Assembly (NCBI GenBank): GCA_029266915.1
Contig: JARIEF010000035.1
Coordinates: 20,018 to 84,017 of the forward strand
Length of the DNA stretch: 64,000 bases
Direction of reading: 5' to 3'
DNA from: Tissierella sp.
Lineage (GTDB): Bacteria; Bacillota; Clostridia; Tissierellales; Tissierellaceae
Shown: positions 42,001 to 52,567 of the stretch, one piece after another
How positions within the stretch are numbered: the first letter of the stretch is position 1
Layout of the letters: every line of letters starts with the position of its first letter
Translations under genes and position numbers: made by a program
Notes under the pieces: model-generated
What the model was told of the DNA's origin: nothing
What the model saw: the letters and a program-made list of their open reading frames with translations, nothing else
Databases searched by the model: none

Positions 42001-42105
42001 AAGAAAACCTCCTATAGCTTTCTATTATACTATAGATATTTTATTTTACAAAAGTAATTATTTAAGCTGTTGACAAAAAGCTAGCTTATAATATAATAGA
42101 GAGAT

Positions 42106-42121
42106 GACCGACTGGTCGGTC
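42106..42121. promoter_or_regulatory. Putative TetR operator of the RND operon
   Basis: Perfect inverted repeat GACCGAC-TG-GTCGGTC just after TTGACA-N16-TATAAT (42070-42097). Confidence 0.75.
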
Positions 42122-42150
42122 GGAAAATATCTATAGTATGGAGGACGAGT

Positions 42151-45100
42151 ATGTTATCAAAATTTAGTGTAAAAAAACCATATACAATAGTTGTAGCAGT
42201 AATCATAGTGTTAATACTTGGAAGTATTTCATTTGTAAATCTTAAAACAGATCTTTTGCCAGACTTAGATTTACCATTTTTAGTAATAAATACAAGCTAT
42301 CCTGGTGCAAGTCCAGAAGAAGTAGAGATGGTGGTTACAAGACCTATTGAACAGATAGTTGCAAGAACTAGTAATATAGAAAATATAAATTCTATAAGTA
42401 GTGAAAATTCATCCACCGTTATAATGGAGTTTGGAAACGATGTGAATATGGATTCAGCTATAATAGAAATAAATGGTAATCTAGATCTTATAAAAGGTTC
42501 CTGGGATGATAGTATAGGTTCTCCTATGATTATAAGATTAAACCCAGATATGCTACCTATTATGATTAGTTCAGTTGATATAGAGGATATGGAAATATCT
42601 GAGATATCGACATTGGTTAAGGATGATATAATTCCAGAACTGGAAAGTATAACAGGAGTTGCTGCAGTAGATGCAACTGGTTTATTGGAAGAGAGAATTG
42701 AAGTCTCATTAAATCAAGAGAAAATAGATGCTTTAAACAAAAGGATGTTAAATAAAGTAGATAAAGAATTATCTAGCTCAGAAGCTAGTTTAAATAATGC
42801 TAAGGCAGAAATTATAAATGGAAAGAGTAAGCTTGACTCAGAAGAAAGTTCACAACTACTTAAACTAAAATCTGCAGAGACTGAACTTAACAATGCCAAG
42901 GATGAATTAAAAGAAGGACAATCTCAAATAAAGAATACTTTAAGAGAGTTAAAGAATAAAAAGAATGAATTAATTAATTCAAAAAAAGACTTGGATAATA
43001 AAGAAAAAGAATTATTAGATTTAAAGAGTTCTATCGTCAATATAGGTGGTGAATTAAGCCCCGAGCAAAGTATGATATTAGAAAATACAATTAAAGGTTT
43101 AGATAGCATTGAAAAAGGGAAACAAGAGATAGACAATGGTATTATTGTTATAGAAGTAAATCTAGATGATTTAGAAGTTCAAAAATCTGAGATCAAGGAT
43201 GCTCTAGTAGAATTAGGATTTAAGGAGCAAGAATTAGCCAGAGGCGAGATAGTACTATCTAATGAAATATCTAAAGCTAGAAGTGAACTCAAAAACGGAG
43301 AAAGTGTATTAGATCAAAATATAGAAGAATTTGAAAAAAAAAGAGATGAAGCTTTAAAGAATGCAAGTTTAGAAGGTATATTAGATAAAAAGATGATTTC
43401 AGGAATACTTTTGGCTCAAAACTTTTCTATGCCGGCAGGCTACTTAAATGATTCGGAGTATTTGGTTAAAGTTGGAGATAAGCTGGAGAGTTTAGAAGAG
43501 ATGGAAGAGTTACTTATTTTTGATCTGGGAGAAGATTCTATAGGTAAAATTTATCTAAGTGATGTTTCTGATTTATCATATAAAGATAACTCAAGTGAAA
43601 TATATGCTAAGGTAAATGGTAATAATGCAGTGATATTAAATTTCCAGAAACAAAGTAATTATTCTACTTCAGAAGTTTCTAAAAATATTAAAGAAAAGAT
43701 GGAAATTATAAAAGAAAAAAACGATAATCTATCATTTGAAAATTTACTTGATCAAGGAATTTATATTGATATAGTAGTTAAATCGGTATTAATGAGTATT
43801 TTATTTGGAGGAATCCTAGCAATTCTTATCTTAATTATATTTTTGCGAGACATAAAACCAACGCTTATAATTGCAATATCTATTCCTATAAGTGTTGTAT
43901 TTGCAATAGCCATGATGTACTTTACAGGTGTTACAATTAATATAATTTCCCTGGCCGGCCTTGCTCTTGGTGTAGGGATGTTGGTGGATAACTCCATAGT
44001 GGTAATTGAAAATATATATAGACTTAGAAGTGAAGGAGTATCTAGTTGGGATGCAGCTATAGAAGGAGCTAGAGAAGTTTCAGGTGCTATTGTAGCTTCT
44101 ACATTTACAACAGCTTGTGTGTTTTTACCTATAGTATTTACAAAAGGAATTTCTAGGCAACTATTTAGTGATATGGGCCTTACTATTGCTTATTCCTTAT
44201 TTGCAAGTCTTATAGTGGCTCTTACTCTAGTTCCAACTATGTCAGCTTCCATGCTAAAAGAAACTAAAGAGCAAAAGAAAAATACATTTGATAAATTATC
44301 AATTGCTTATGAGAAAATCCTAAAAGGTGCATTAGATCACAGGTTTTTGGTTATGCTCGCTGTCACTTTACTTTTAGGGTTAAGTGCATATTTAGGATAT
44401 AATATGGGAACTTCTTTTATACCAGAGATGGAATCTCCTCAAATGGATATAAGCTTAACCATGCCTGAAGAGAGTAGCTTAGAGGATACTATTGATCAAA
44501 GTGATAAGTTTATAGAGAGAATAGTTTCTATAGAAGGAATAAAAACTATAGGAGCTTTTCAAAATGGGGCAATAGGCGGTGGATTTGGGCCTAGCAGAGT
44601 AGATAATTTAAATATGAATTTTTATTTATTGCTAGATGAAGATAAAAAAATTGACAATAATGAGATAGTAAAAGAAATAGAAAAAAGGACTAAAGATCTT
44701 GATGCTGTAATTACTATAAATACAAGCAATATGGATATGACAGCACTTGGAGGTTCAGGTGTGGAAATAGTAATAAAAGGAAGAGAAATAGATAGTTTGA
44801 AAAAGATTTCATTAGACATAGAAGAAATTTTAAAACAAACTAAAGGAATAGAGACTATAAATTCAGCAGTTAGAGAAGGAGCAGATGAGCTAAGATTTAA
44901 AGTGGATAAAGAAAAAGCTATGGAAAATGGTTTTACAACTGCAGAAATTTTTTCTGAAATAAGTAGCCTTTTAGAGGACGGCAATAAAGCAACTGAGATT
45001 AGTGTAAAAGATAAAGACTATCCTGTAATAATTCAAGATAGTAATTTATCCTTAAATAAAGATTCTCTTATAGAATATGAATTAGAAAACAAAAGTGGAG

Positions 45101-45846
45101 AAAAGTTTAAAATAAAAGATATAGTAGAAGTAAAAGAAGAAGTAGGACTTGTTTCTATAAGCAGAGAACTTCAACAAAGATTTATATCAGTAAAGGCAGA
45201 TTTAAAAGAAGGATATAATATAGGACTTGTAAGCCGTGAGTTAGAAAAAAGTCTAGGCAGCTACAATACACCGGAAGGTTATAGTGTTAAGATAACTGGC
45301 GAGAACGAAACTATAAATGATTCTCTTAGAGACCTAAGTCTGATGCTAGCTCTTAGTGTTGTATTTATATATCTCATAATGGTAGCACAGTTTCAATCAC
45401 TCCTCTCTCCATTTATAGTTATGTTTACTATACCACTTGCTTTTACCGGTGGACTAATGGCTCTGTGGATGACTGGAAAAAATATAAGTCTTATAGCTAT
45501 GTTGGGATTTCTAGTTCTATCAGGCGTTGTGGTAAATAATGGTATTGTATTTGTTGATTATACCAACCAGCTCCGTCAAAGAAGAGTTGAAAAGAGACAA
45601 GCATTAGTTATAACTGGAAAAACTAGACTTAGACCAATTCTAATGACAGCTATTACAACTATAATAGGATTAATGCCTTTGGCACTAGGAATTGGATCAG
45701 GTTCGGAGATGTTGCAACCATTAGCTATAGTAGCGGTAGGTGGCCTTGTATATGCAACTATACTAACACTTATAGTTGTACCGGTAATGTATGATTTATT
45801 AAACAAAAAAGAGCTTGTTATAAGAGGTGAAAATAATGAAGAGTAA
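42151..45846 (+). CDS. RND efflux transporter (AcrB/SwrC-like) with coiled-coil insertion
   Basis: YPGASPEEVE, GMLVDNSIVVIEN and RLRPILMT motifs. Confidence 0.92.
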   Translation: MLSKFSVKKPYTIVVAVIIVLILGSISFVNLKTDLLPDLDLPFLVINTSYPGASPEEVEMVVTRPIEQIVARTSNIENINSISSENSSTVIMEFGNDVNMDSAIIEINGNLDLIKGSWDDSIGSPMIIRLNPDMLPIMISSVDIEDMEISEISTLVKDDIIPELESITGVAAVDATGLLEERIEVSLNQEKIDALNKRMLNKVDKELSSSEASLNNAKAEIINGKSKLDSEESSQLLKLKSAETELNNAKDELKEGQSQIKNTLRELKNKKNELINSKKDLDNKEKELLDLKSSIVNIGGELSPEQSMILENTIKGLDSIEKGKQEIDNGIIVIEVNLDDLEVQKSEIKDALVELGFKEQELARGEIVLSNEISKARSELKNGESVLDQNIEEFEKKRDEALKNASLEGILDKKMISGILLAQNFSMPAGYLNDSEYLVKVGDKLESLEEMEELLIFDLGEDSIGKIYLSDVSDLSYKDNSSEIYAKVNGNNAVILNFQKQSNYSTSEVSKNIKEKMEIIKEKNDNLSFENLLDQGIYIDIVVKSVLMSILFGGILAILILIIFLRDIKPTLIIAISIPISVVFAIAMMYFTGVTINIISLAGLALGVGMLVDNSIVVIENIYRLRSEGVSSWDAAIEGAREVSGAIVASTFTTACVFLPIVFTKGISRQLFSDMGLTIAYSLFASLIVALTLVPTMSASMLKETKEQKKNTFDKLSIAYEKILKGALDHRFLVMLAVTLLLGLSAYLGYNMGTSFIPEMESPQMDISLTMPEESSLEDTIDQSDKFIERIVSIEGIKTIGAFQNGAIGGGFGPSRVDNLNMNFYLLLDEDKKIDNNEIVKEIEKRTKDLDAVITINTSNMDMTALGGSGVEIVIKGREIDSLKKISLDIEEILKQTKGIETINSAVREGADELRFKVDKEKAMENGFTTAEIFSEISSLLEDGNKATEISVKDKDYPVIIQDSNLSLNKDSLIEYELENKSGEKFKIKDIVEVKEEVGLVSISRELQQRFISVKADLKEGYNIGLVSRELEKSLGSYNTPEGYSVKITGENETINDSLRDLSLMLALSVVFIYLIMVAQFQSLLSPFIVMFTIPLAFTGGLMALWMTGKNISLIAMLGFLVLSGVVVNNGIVFVDYTNQLRQRRVEKRQALVITGKTRLRPILMTAITTIIGLMPLALGIGSGSEMLQPLAIVAVGGLVYATILTLIVVPVMYDLLNKKELVIRGENNEE

Positions 45847-46459
45847 GATTAAGCCTGAAGAAATATATTCAGATAAGCAAATTGTTGTTTTTAAGGGAGT
45901 TATAAATTTAATAAAAAATGGAAGCAGTTTATATCAAATTAAAGTTTCAGATATAGCAAAAGCTGCAGATATAGGCAAGGGAACTATATATGACTATTTT
46001 GGATCTAAAGAAGAAGCTATAGCCAAAGCATTAATGTACTATATGGATATAGAAATGACATCTTCCTATGCTAGATTGTTAGAAAAAGAGAGTTTTGAAG
46101 ATAAATATTATGAGATACTTTTTATAATAAAAGATAGTTATAAAGGTAATATGTTTTTAATAAATAATGTTCTAACATCGGCTGGATTTAAAGAAATCTA
46201 CAAGCATCTAGCAGATGAAGGATGCAATACAAATTATTTTTTTGAATCTATAAATGAAGCTATAATTCATCTATTGGAAACAGGTAAAAAAGATGGTATA
46301 GTAACTTTAGAAGAAGAAGAATTTTATTTTATAATGGCAATAAGAGCTTCACTTTCTACCTTTTCTCACTATATAGGTAAAAAAGAATCCTACCCTGATA
46401 TTAGTGTTGAAAAGGCTATGGATATAGCTTACAAAATATTATTAAAATCACTTAAATAA
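45836..46459 (+). CDS. TetR/AcrR family regulator
   Basis: HTH VSDIAKAADIGKGTIYDYFGSKEE. Confidence 0.88.
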   Translation: MKSKIKPEEIYSDKQIVVFKGVINLIKNGSSLYQIKVSDIAKAADIGKGTIYDYFGSKEEAIAKALMYYMDIEMTSSYARLLEKESFEDKYYEILFIIKDSYKGNMFLINNVLTSAGFKEIYKHLADEGCNTNYFFESINEAIIHLLETGKKDGIVTLEEEEFYFIMAIRASLSTFSHYIGKKESYPDISVEKAMDIAYKILLKSLK

Positions 46460-46473
46460 AGAGGAGATAAAAT

Positions 46474-48327
46474 ATGAAAGAAAAAAAAGATCCAAAGAAG
46501 AATATCAATAAAAATCCTAATAAGGGACCAAAGAAAAAAATAATTTATTACTATGTAATAGTAACTTTAATTGTAATAGTTTTAAATACTCTTGTAATGC
46601 CAAATATAACAAAATCTAAGATAAAAGAAATAAATTATGGAACTTTTATAAACATGGTAGAAAATGGAGAAGTTAAAACTGTCAAAATAGGTGATAGAGA
46701 AATAACTATAGAGCCTAAAGATGAAAAAGATGAAAGTATCTATACAACCGTCAGGGTAGCGGATTTAGATTTAATAAAGAGATTGGAAGATGCAAATATA
46801 GAAGACTATAAAGGAGAGCTTCCAAAAGAACTTTCTCCATTTTTAGGATTTATACTATCTTATGTATTTCCTATATTAATATTCTTTGCCCTTGGACAAC
46901 TTCTTTTTAGAAATATGCAAAAGAAAATGGGCGGCGGAAATGCTATGAGCTTTGGAAAGAGTAATGCTAAAGTTTACGTATCTGCTGAAGGTGGAAAAAC
47001 CTTTAAGGATGTAGCAGGTCAAGATGAAGCTAAAGAAGCTCTAATGGAAATCGTAGACTTTCTTCACAACCCTGGTAAATATAAAGAAATAGGAGCCCAG
47101 CTTCCTAAAGGAGCTCTTCTTGTAGGACCTCCTGGAACAGGTAAAACACTTCTTGCAAGAGCTGTAGCTGGTGAAGCGGATGTACCATTTTTCTCTATAT
47201 CAGGTTCGGAGTTTGTAGAGATGTTTGTAGGTATGGGGGCTGCTAAAATAAGAGATCTATTCAAGCAAGCGCAAGAAAAAGCCCCATGCATTGTCTTTAT
47301 TGACGAGATAGATACTATCGGTAAGAAAAGAGATTCAGGTGGATTCTCTGGTAATGATGAAAGAGAACAAACTCTAAATCAACTTCTTAGTGAAATGGAT
47401 GGATTTGATGGAAATGAGGGAGTAGTTCTTCTTGCAGCTACAAATAGGCCAGATTCTCTTGATAATGCTCTTCTTAGACCAGGTAGATTTGATAGAAGAA
47501 TACCAGTAGAACTTCCTGATATCGGTGGAAGAGAAGCTGTTTTGCAGGTTCATTCTAAGGATGTAAAAATGGTTGAAGATATTGACTTCAATGCAATAGC
47601 TAGAGCTACAGCTGGAGCTTCGGGAGCAGATCTTGCAAATATAATAAATGAAGCTGCTCTTAGGGCTGTAAAATTCAAACGAGAAAAAATTATACAAGAA
47701 GACTTAGAAGAATCAGTAGAAGTAATCCTAGCAGGATATCAAAGAAAAACAGCTGTTATTTCACCAAAAGAAAAGCGAATAATAGCCTATCATGAAGTGG
47801 GTCATGCACTTGTTGCAGCCAATCAAACTGATTCAGATCCAGTTCATAAAATTACTATAATACCGAGAACATCAGGTGCGCTGGGATATACTATGCAGAT
47901 AGCAGAAGATGAAAGTGTTTTGATGAGCAAAGAAGAACTATTTAATAAGATAGTAACTCTTACTGGAGGACGAGCTGCTGAAAAAATAGTATTTGGTAGC
48001 ATAACCTCAGGAGCTTCTAATGATATAGAACAAGCAACAAAAATTGCCAGAATGATGGTAACCAGATTTGGTATGAGTGATACTTTTGGAATGATGGCTC
48101 TTGAAACTGTAACTAATAAATATCTTGGAGGAGACTCCTCTTTGACATGTTCAGAGGAAACTTCTTTTAAAGTAGATAAGGAAGTTCAGAATATAATAGA
48201 AAGAGCATATGAGAAAGCAGAAGATATACTAAGTCAAAACAGAGAAAAATTAACAGAAATCTCAAACTATCTTCTTGAAATGGAAACTATAACAGGTGAG
48301 AAATTTATGGAGATATTTAGAAATTAA
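46474..48327 (+). CDS. ftsH: ATP-dependent zinc metalloprotease FtsH (probable paralog)
   Basis: [19 protein letters not shown] and HEVGH motifs; two N-terminal TM segments. Confidence 0.93.
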   Translation: MKEKKDPKKNINKNPNKGPKKKIIYYYVIVTLIVIVLNTLVMPNITKSKIKEINYGTFINMVENGEVKTVKIGDREITIEPKDEKDESIYTTVRVADLDLIKRLEDANIEDYKGELPKELSPFLGFILSYVFPILIFFALGQLLFRNMQKKMGGGNAMSFGKSNAKVYVSAEGGKTFKDVAGQDEAKEALMEIVDFLHNPGKYKEIGAQLPKGALLVGPPGTGKTLLARAVAGEADVPFFSISGSEFVEMFVGMGAAKIRDLFKQAQEKAPCIVFIDEIDTIGKKRDSGGFSGNDEREQTLNQLLSEMDGFDGNEGVVLLAATNRPDSLDNALLRPGRFDRRIPVELPDIGGREAVLQVHSKDVKMVEDIDFNAIARATAGASGADLANIINEAALRAVKFKREKIIQEDLEESVEVILAGYQRKTAVISPKEKRIIAYHEVGHALVAANQTDSDPVHKITIIPRTSGALGYTMQIAEDESVLMSKEELFNKIVTLTGGRAAEKIVFGSITSGASNDIEQATKIARMMVTRFGMSDTFGMMALETVTNKYLGGDSSLTCSEETSFKVDKEVQNIIERAYEKAEDILSQNREKLTEISNYLLEMETITGEKFMEIFRN

Positions 48328-48438
48328 ATAAAAAACTACTCTCAAGATTAAAAATATAAATTGAGAGTAGTTTTTTTGTTATATATAATATCAAATGGGT
48401 AAAAATAAACATGATAAAGATATTTAGGAGGAGAAATT

Positions 48439-48939
48439 ATGTTTAAAAATTTATTTAAAAAAGATAATAAAGAGGCTAAAGAAGATGGAATAACTATTTT
48501 TAATCCAATAGATGGTGAGATAGTTTCTTTGGAAGAGGTTCCAGATGAAGTATTTTCTCAGAAAATGCTGGGTGATGGATTTGCAATTAAACCAACGGGT
48601 GAAAAGGTTTATGCTCCTATAGCTGGAGAGATAAAAGTATTATTTCCTACATTACATGCTATTGCAATAGAAACTAAAGATGGCCTAGAGCTTCTTGTTC
48701 ATATAGGTATTGATACTGTAGAGCTAAAAGGAGAAGGTTTTGAAGCTCATGTAAAGCTTGGAGACAAGGTAAAGGCGGGAGACTTACTAGTTAGTTTCAA
48801 TAAAAAAATTATAGAAGACAATGGTAAAGCTACTATAACTCCGGTTATAATAACAAATATGGATCTAGTAAAAGACTTGAGCATGGACTATGGAGTTAAA
48901 AATGCAAATGATAAAGTAGCTGTAGCAAAGATAAGTTAA
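48439..48939 (+). CDS. crr: PTS glucose-family EIIA
   Basis: VPDEVFSQKMLGDG and LVHIGIDTV motifs. Confidence 0.9.
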   Translation: MFKNLFKKDNKEAKEDGITIFNPIDGEIVSLEEVPDEVFSQKMLGDGFAIKPTGEKVYAPIAGEIKVLFPTLHAIAIETKDGLELLVHIGIDTVELKGEGFEAHVKLGDKVKAGDLLVSFNKKIIEDNGKATITPVIITNMDLVKDLSMDYGVKNANDKVAVAKIS

Positions 48940-48984
48940 TCAGAGACAAATTAATCAGAGACACAAAATACTAGGCGGTGTAAA

Positions 48985-49458
48985 ATGGAGCATATTGGTA
49001 TAAATATATTGGAAAAAAAGAATATAGCTTTAGTAGCACACGACAATATGAAGAAAGAATTAATGGAGTGGATAGATAGAAATAAAGATATTTTAAAAGA
49101 ACATAATCTTTGTGGTACCGGAACTACAGCAGGACTTATAGAAGAAAATGTAGGTTTAGAAGTTGAGGCTTTTAAATCAGGCCCTATGGGTGGAGATCAA
49201 CAGCTAGGCGCCAAGATAAGCGAAGGTATGATAGATCTTATGATTTTCTTTTGGGACCCCTTAGAAGCTCAGCCCCATGATCCAGATGTAAAAGCACTAT
49301 TAAGAATAGCGGTTCTTTATGATATACCTGTAGCAAACAATAGAGCAACAGCTGATTTTATACTAACTTCTCCTTTGATGAAAGAAGAGTATGAAAGACA
49401 TGTCATAGACTATACTGCTCTTATGATTGAGAGAAGGAAACATTTCTTAGACATATAA
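48985..49458 (+). CDS. mgsA: Methylglyoxal synthase
   Basis: ALVAHD, SGPMGGDQQ and PHDPDVKAL motifs. Confidence 0.95.
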   Translation: MEHIGINILEKKNIALVAHDNMKKELMEWIDRNKDILKEHNLCGTGTTAGLIEENVGLEVEAFKSGPMGGDQQLGAKISEGMIDLMIFFWDPLEAQPHDPDVKALLRIAVLYDIPVANNRATADFILTSPLMKEEYERHVIDYTALMIERRKHFLDI

Positions 49459-49543
49459 TATGAATTGAGCATATATTCAATTAAGTCGGGATAACTTTAA
49501 AAAAACGCTTGCATTAATGCAGAATGGATGTTAATATGATAAT

Positions 49544-49678
49544 AGAACTTTAATTCAAGAGTAAAATAACGTAACACAAGAATTTCTGTAGTATCTTGTC
49601 ATAAAGTATAGCGAGGAAATTGTTCTATGTGGAGTTTTTACAATGAATTAAAGAAATAAAATTTCGGGGGTTATATGA
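49544..49678 (+). promoter_or_regulatory. Long structured 5' leader of the cold-shock gene
   Basis: Promoter TTGCAT-N17-TAATAT (49509-49537); CTTTAATTCA (49548) pairs with TGAATTAAAG (49644), and GTAAAA pairs with TTTTAC. Confidence 0.55.
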
Positions 49679-49876
49679 ATGAAAGGTACAGTAAAATGGT
49701 TTAATGCAGAAAAAGGTTACGGATTTATTACAACAGAAGAGGGAAATGACGTATTTGCTCACTTCTCACAAATCAACAAAGAAGGATTCAAAACTTTAGA
49801 AGAAGGCCAAGAAGTTACATTTGACGTAGTTCAAGGACAAAAAGGTCTTCAAGCTGAAAATATCGAAACTATGTAA
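49679..49876 (+). CDS. Cold-shock protein
   Basis: [15 protein letters not shown] and VFAHFS (RNP1/RNP2). Confidence 0.96.
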   Translation: MKGTVKWFNAEKGYGFITTEEGNDVFAHFSQINKEGFKTLEEGQEVTFDVVQGQKGLQAENIETM

Positions 49877-49955
49877 TTAAAAAATAACCTCTTATAGATT
49901 TCATCTTTAAGAGGTTTTTTATTATGTTTTTTTAAAAAAAAGGAGAATAGTTTAA

Positions 49956-50714
49956 ATGGAAAATAATATAGAAAATAAGATTGTAGCCAAAGTAAATGGT
50001 AAAGAAATCAGCCAGAGAGATGTATTTAAATTTTTAAATGAAATAGATCCTCAAATAGCACAGCAGTTTAATACACCTGAGGGAGTTCAAAAAGTTATAG
50101 AGGAATTAATAAATCAAGAATTAATATATTTAGATGCAAAAGAAAATAATCTAGATGAAGAAGAAAGATTTAAAAAACTTTTAGAAGATAGTAGAGTTGC
50201 TCTGTTAAAGAGTTATGCTTTAAATAGACTTATTGCGGATGTAAATCCGGAAGAAGAAGAATTAAAACAATACTATGAAGAACATAAGGATCATTTTAAA
50301 AAGCCAGAGTCTAGAGTGGGCAGCCATATTCTAATTGAAACAGAAGAAGAGGCAGATAAAATATATAAAGAAATAGAAGATGGGCTTAGTTTTGAAGAAG
50401 CTGCTAGAAAATATTCTACTTGTCCTTCAAAAGATAAAGACGGAAGTTTGGGAGAATTTAGCAGAGGACAATTAGTTCCTGAATTTGAAAACAAGGCTTT
50501 TGAAATGGAAAAAGGTGAAATTTCAAAACCAGTTAAAAGTCAATTTGGCTTTCATATAATAAGAATTGAAGATAAAAAAGATCAAGTAGAGAAATCTTTC
50601 GATGAAGTAAAAGAAGAAATTAAAATGCAATTTACAAGACTTAAGCAACAAGATTTGTATTTAGATAAAATAAAAGAACTCGAAAATAAATATGAAGTTG
50701 AAAAACTAGCTTAA
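49956..50714 (+). CDS. Parvulin-type peptidyl-prolyl isomerase
   Basis: SHILI, FEEAARKYSTCPS and SQFGFHII motifs; no signal peptide seen. Confidence 0.9.
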   Translation: MENNIENKIVAKVNGKEISQRDVFKFLNEIDPQIAQQFNTPEGVQKVIEELINQELIYLDAKENNLDEEERFKKLLEDSRVALLKSYALNRLIADVNPEEEELKQYYEEHKDHFKKPESRVGSHILIETEEEADKIYKEIEDGLSFEEAARKYSTCPSKDKDGSLGEFSRGQLVPEFENKAFEMEKGEISKPVKSQFGFHIIRIEDKKDQVEKSFDEVKEEIKMQFTRLKQQDLYLDKIKELENKYEVEKLA

Positions 50715-50914
50715 TTTTAAGGATTTAAAAACTGTGATATGGTATATATCACAGTTTTTGTTTTTTTTATAAAAAATTATAAACTAAAATCGACTTTAAT
50801 ATTAAAAGATAAAAAATATTTAAATAAAAAAATATATCTTTGTTGAACTTTTTCAAGATACCCGTTATAATAGATACATTAGATAACCAACTATTATATA
50901 AAATATATCACCTT

Positions 50915-50932
50915 ATGTGAATAATTTTACAA
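50915..50932. promoter_or_regulatory. Rex-like operator of the rnf/nqr operon
   Basis: ATGTGAA-TAAT-TTTACAA (2 mismatches to TTGTGAA-N4-TTCACAA) downstream of TTGAAC-N17-TATAAT (50843-50871). Confidence 0.65.
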
Positions 50933-50984
50933 TTAAATGGTATCTATAAAATAATTAATTTTATTATATTATGGAGGTGGTTTT

Positions 50985-51959
50985 TTGTTAAAGGAATTTT
51001 ATTCTAAATATTTTATGAATCAAAAGATGATGAGAACAGTCATACTCTCTCTTATCCCTCTTATGATTGCATCAGTTTACTTTTTTGGATGGAGAACATT
51101 CTTGCTTCTTGCAGTTGTAACTATATTTGGTGTAATAACTGAATACATATTTGAAAAGAAGAACAAGAAAAAAATATCTGAAGCAGTATTCGTTACATGT
51201 ATTCTTTACACAATGACCTTGCCACCATCTACTCCTTACTGGATAGCTGTTGTAGGGATTATATTTGGGGTAATGTTTGGTAAAGAAGTATTTGGTGGTT
51301 TTGGAAGAAATGTTTTCAATCCGGCATTAGTTGCCAGAGCATTTGTATATGTAAGTTTCCCAGCACCGCTTACTATTCAATGGTCAAAAACTTCTATGGG
51401 TGCGTTAGGAGGATTTACTACATATCTAACAGAAAGCGTAGAAGCTATAACTAAAGCGACTCCTATGCTTATATTCAGAGAGACAGGAACTATGGTAGAT
51501 TTTAAAAACCTTTTAATAGGTAATATATCTGGTTCAATAGGGGAAACAAGCGCTATACTTATTATTTTAGCAGGAATATACTTAGTTTATAAAAAAGTGG
51601 CTTCATGGGAAATCATGGTTAGTACTTTAGTAGGATTTGTAGGACTTAACAGTATTCTTTACTTTACAGGAAATCCTCAAATACCTAATCCTTTATTTGG
51701 TGTTTTTTCAGGAGGACTTTTATTTGGAGCTGTATTTATGGCAACTGACCCTATTTCATCTGCTAAGACAAAAGAGGGAAAGTGGATTTATGGTATTTTA
51801 ATAGGAGCTATCACAGTTATAATACGTGGATATGCTTTATTTGCTGGTGGAATGATGTTTGCCGTATTAATTGCAAATACATTTGTACCTATAATAGATG
51901 AAGCTGTAAAAGGAATAAAAAAACGTAAAAAAGCTAAAAAAGAGGGGGTAACAGCATGA
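50985..51959 (+). CDS. RnfD/NqrB-family membrane subunit
   Basis: KEVFGGFGRNVFNPA, FMN-site-like ITKATP, GSIGETS and FMATDPIS motifs. Confidence 0.9.
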   Translation: MLKEFYSKYFMNQKMMRTVILSLIPLMIASVYFFGWRTFLLLAVVTIFGVITEYIFEKKNKKKISEAVFVTCILYTMTLPPSTPYWIAVVGIIFGVMFGKEVFGGFGRNVFNPALVARAFVYVSFPAPLTIQWSKTSMGALGGFTTYLTESVEAITKATPMLIFRETGTMVDFKNLLIGNISGSIGETSAILIILAGIYLVYKKVASWEIMVSTLVGFVGLNSILYFTGNPQIPNPLFGVFSGGLLFGAVFMATDPISSAKTKEGKWIYGILIGAITVIIRGYALFAGGMMFAVLIANTFVPIIDEAVKGIKKRKKAKKEGVTA

Positions 51960-52564
51960 AAAAGAAAAAATCTTTTCTTTACCCTATAATTTTCATGTCT
52001 GTAATAACAGCAGTATATGTATCTCTATTAGCGTTTTTACAGTATAGTACAGCTGAACAAGTTGAATTTTTAGCAAATACAGACCTTCAAAAAAAGATTC
52101 TATATGTTTTTGATATTCCCGTTGAATCTGAAGATCCAGAAGAAATAGATAGGCAGTTTGAAGAACACATCACTTCTGAAAAATTAGATAATGGGGAACT
52201 CTTATACACTTTAGAAGAAAATGGAGAAGTAAAAGCTTATGCCTTCCCAGTTGGGGGAGCAGGACTGTGGGGAAGCATAGAAGCTTATGCAGGTGTTTCA
52301 GGTGATTATTCTGAGCTTATAGGTATTGAATTTATATCTCATGAAGAAACACCAGGTCTAGGTGGAAGAATTTCTGAAAATTGGTTTAAAGAACAGTTTA
52401 GAGGAATAGATTTAACTGAAGATAAAGAAGAATATATAATATACACTCCTGCAGCCGGAAGCAATATAGATGCAATTACGGGAGCTACTTTAACGTCTCA
52501 ATCAGTGAGAAATTTCTTAAATGAAGATATCAAAAAATTCATCGAAGAAGGAAAGGTGGATTAA
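51956..52564 (+). CDS. RnfG/NqrC FMN-binding subunit
   Basis: GAGLWG, ETPGLG and DAITGATLTS motifs. Confidence 0.9.
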   Translation: MKKKKSFLYPIIFMSVITAVYVSLLAFLQYSTAEQVEFLANTDLQKKILYVFDIPVESEDPEEIDRQFEEHITSEKLDNGELLYTLEENGEVKAYAFPVGGAGLWGSIEAYAGVSGDYSELIGIEFISHEETPGLGGRISENWFKEQFRGIDLTEDKEEYIIYTPAAGSNIDAITGATLTSQSVRNFLNEDIKKFIEEGKVD

Positions 52565-52567
52565 GCT

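Noticed and set aside
41672-42073. 133-aa plus-strand ORF
   Set aside because: No SD and starts inside a terminator; it is the antisense shadow of the Sec-MerT-like gene
50727-50760. TGTGA...TCACA as a second Crp/Fnr site
   Set aside because: The spacer is 11 bp rather than 6; it is a hairpin with a T-tract, i.e. the PPIase gene terminator
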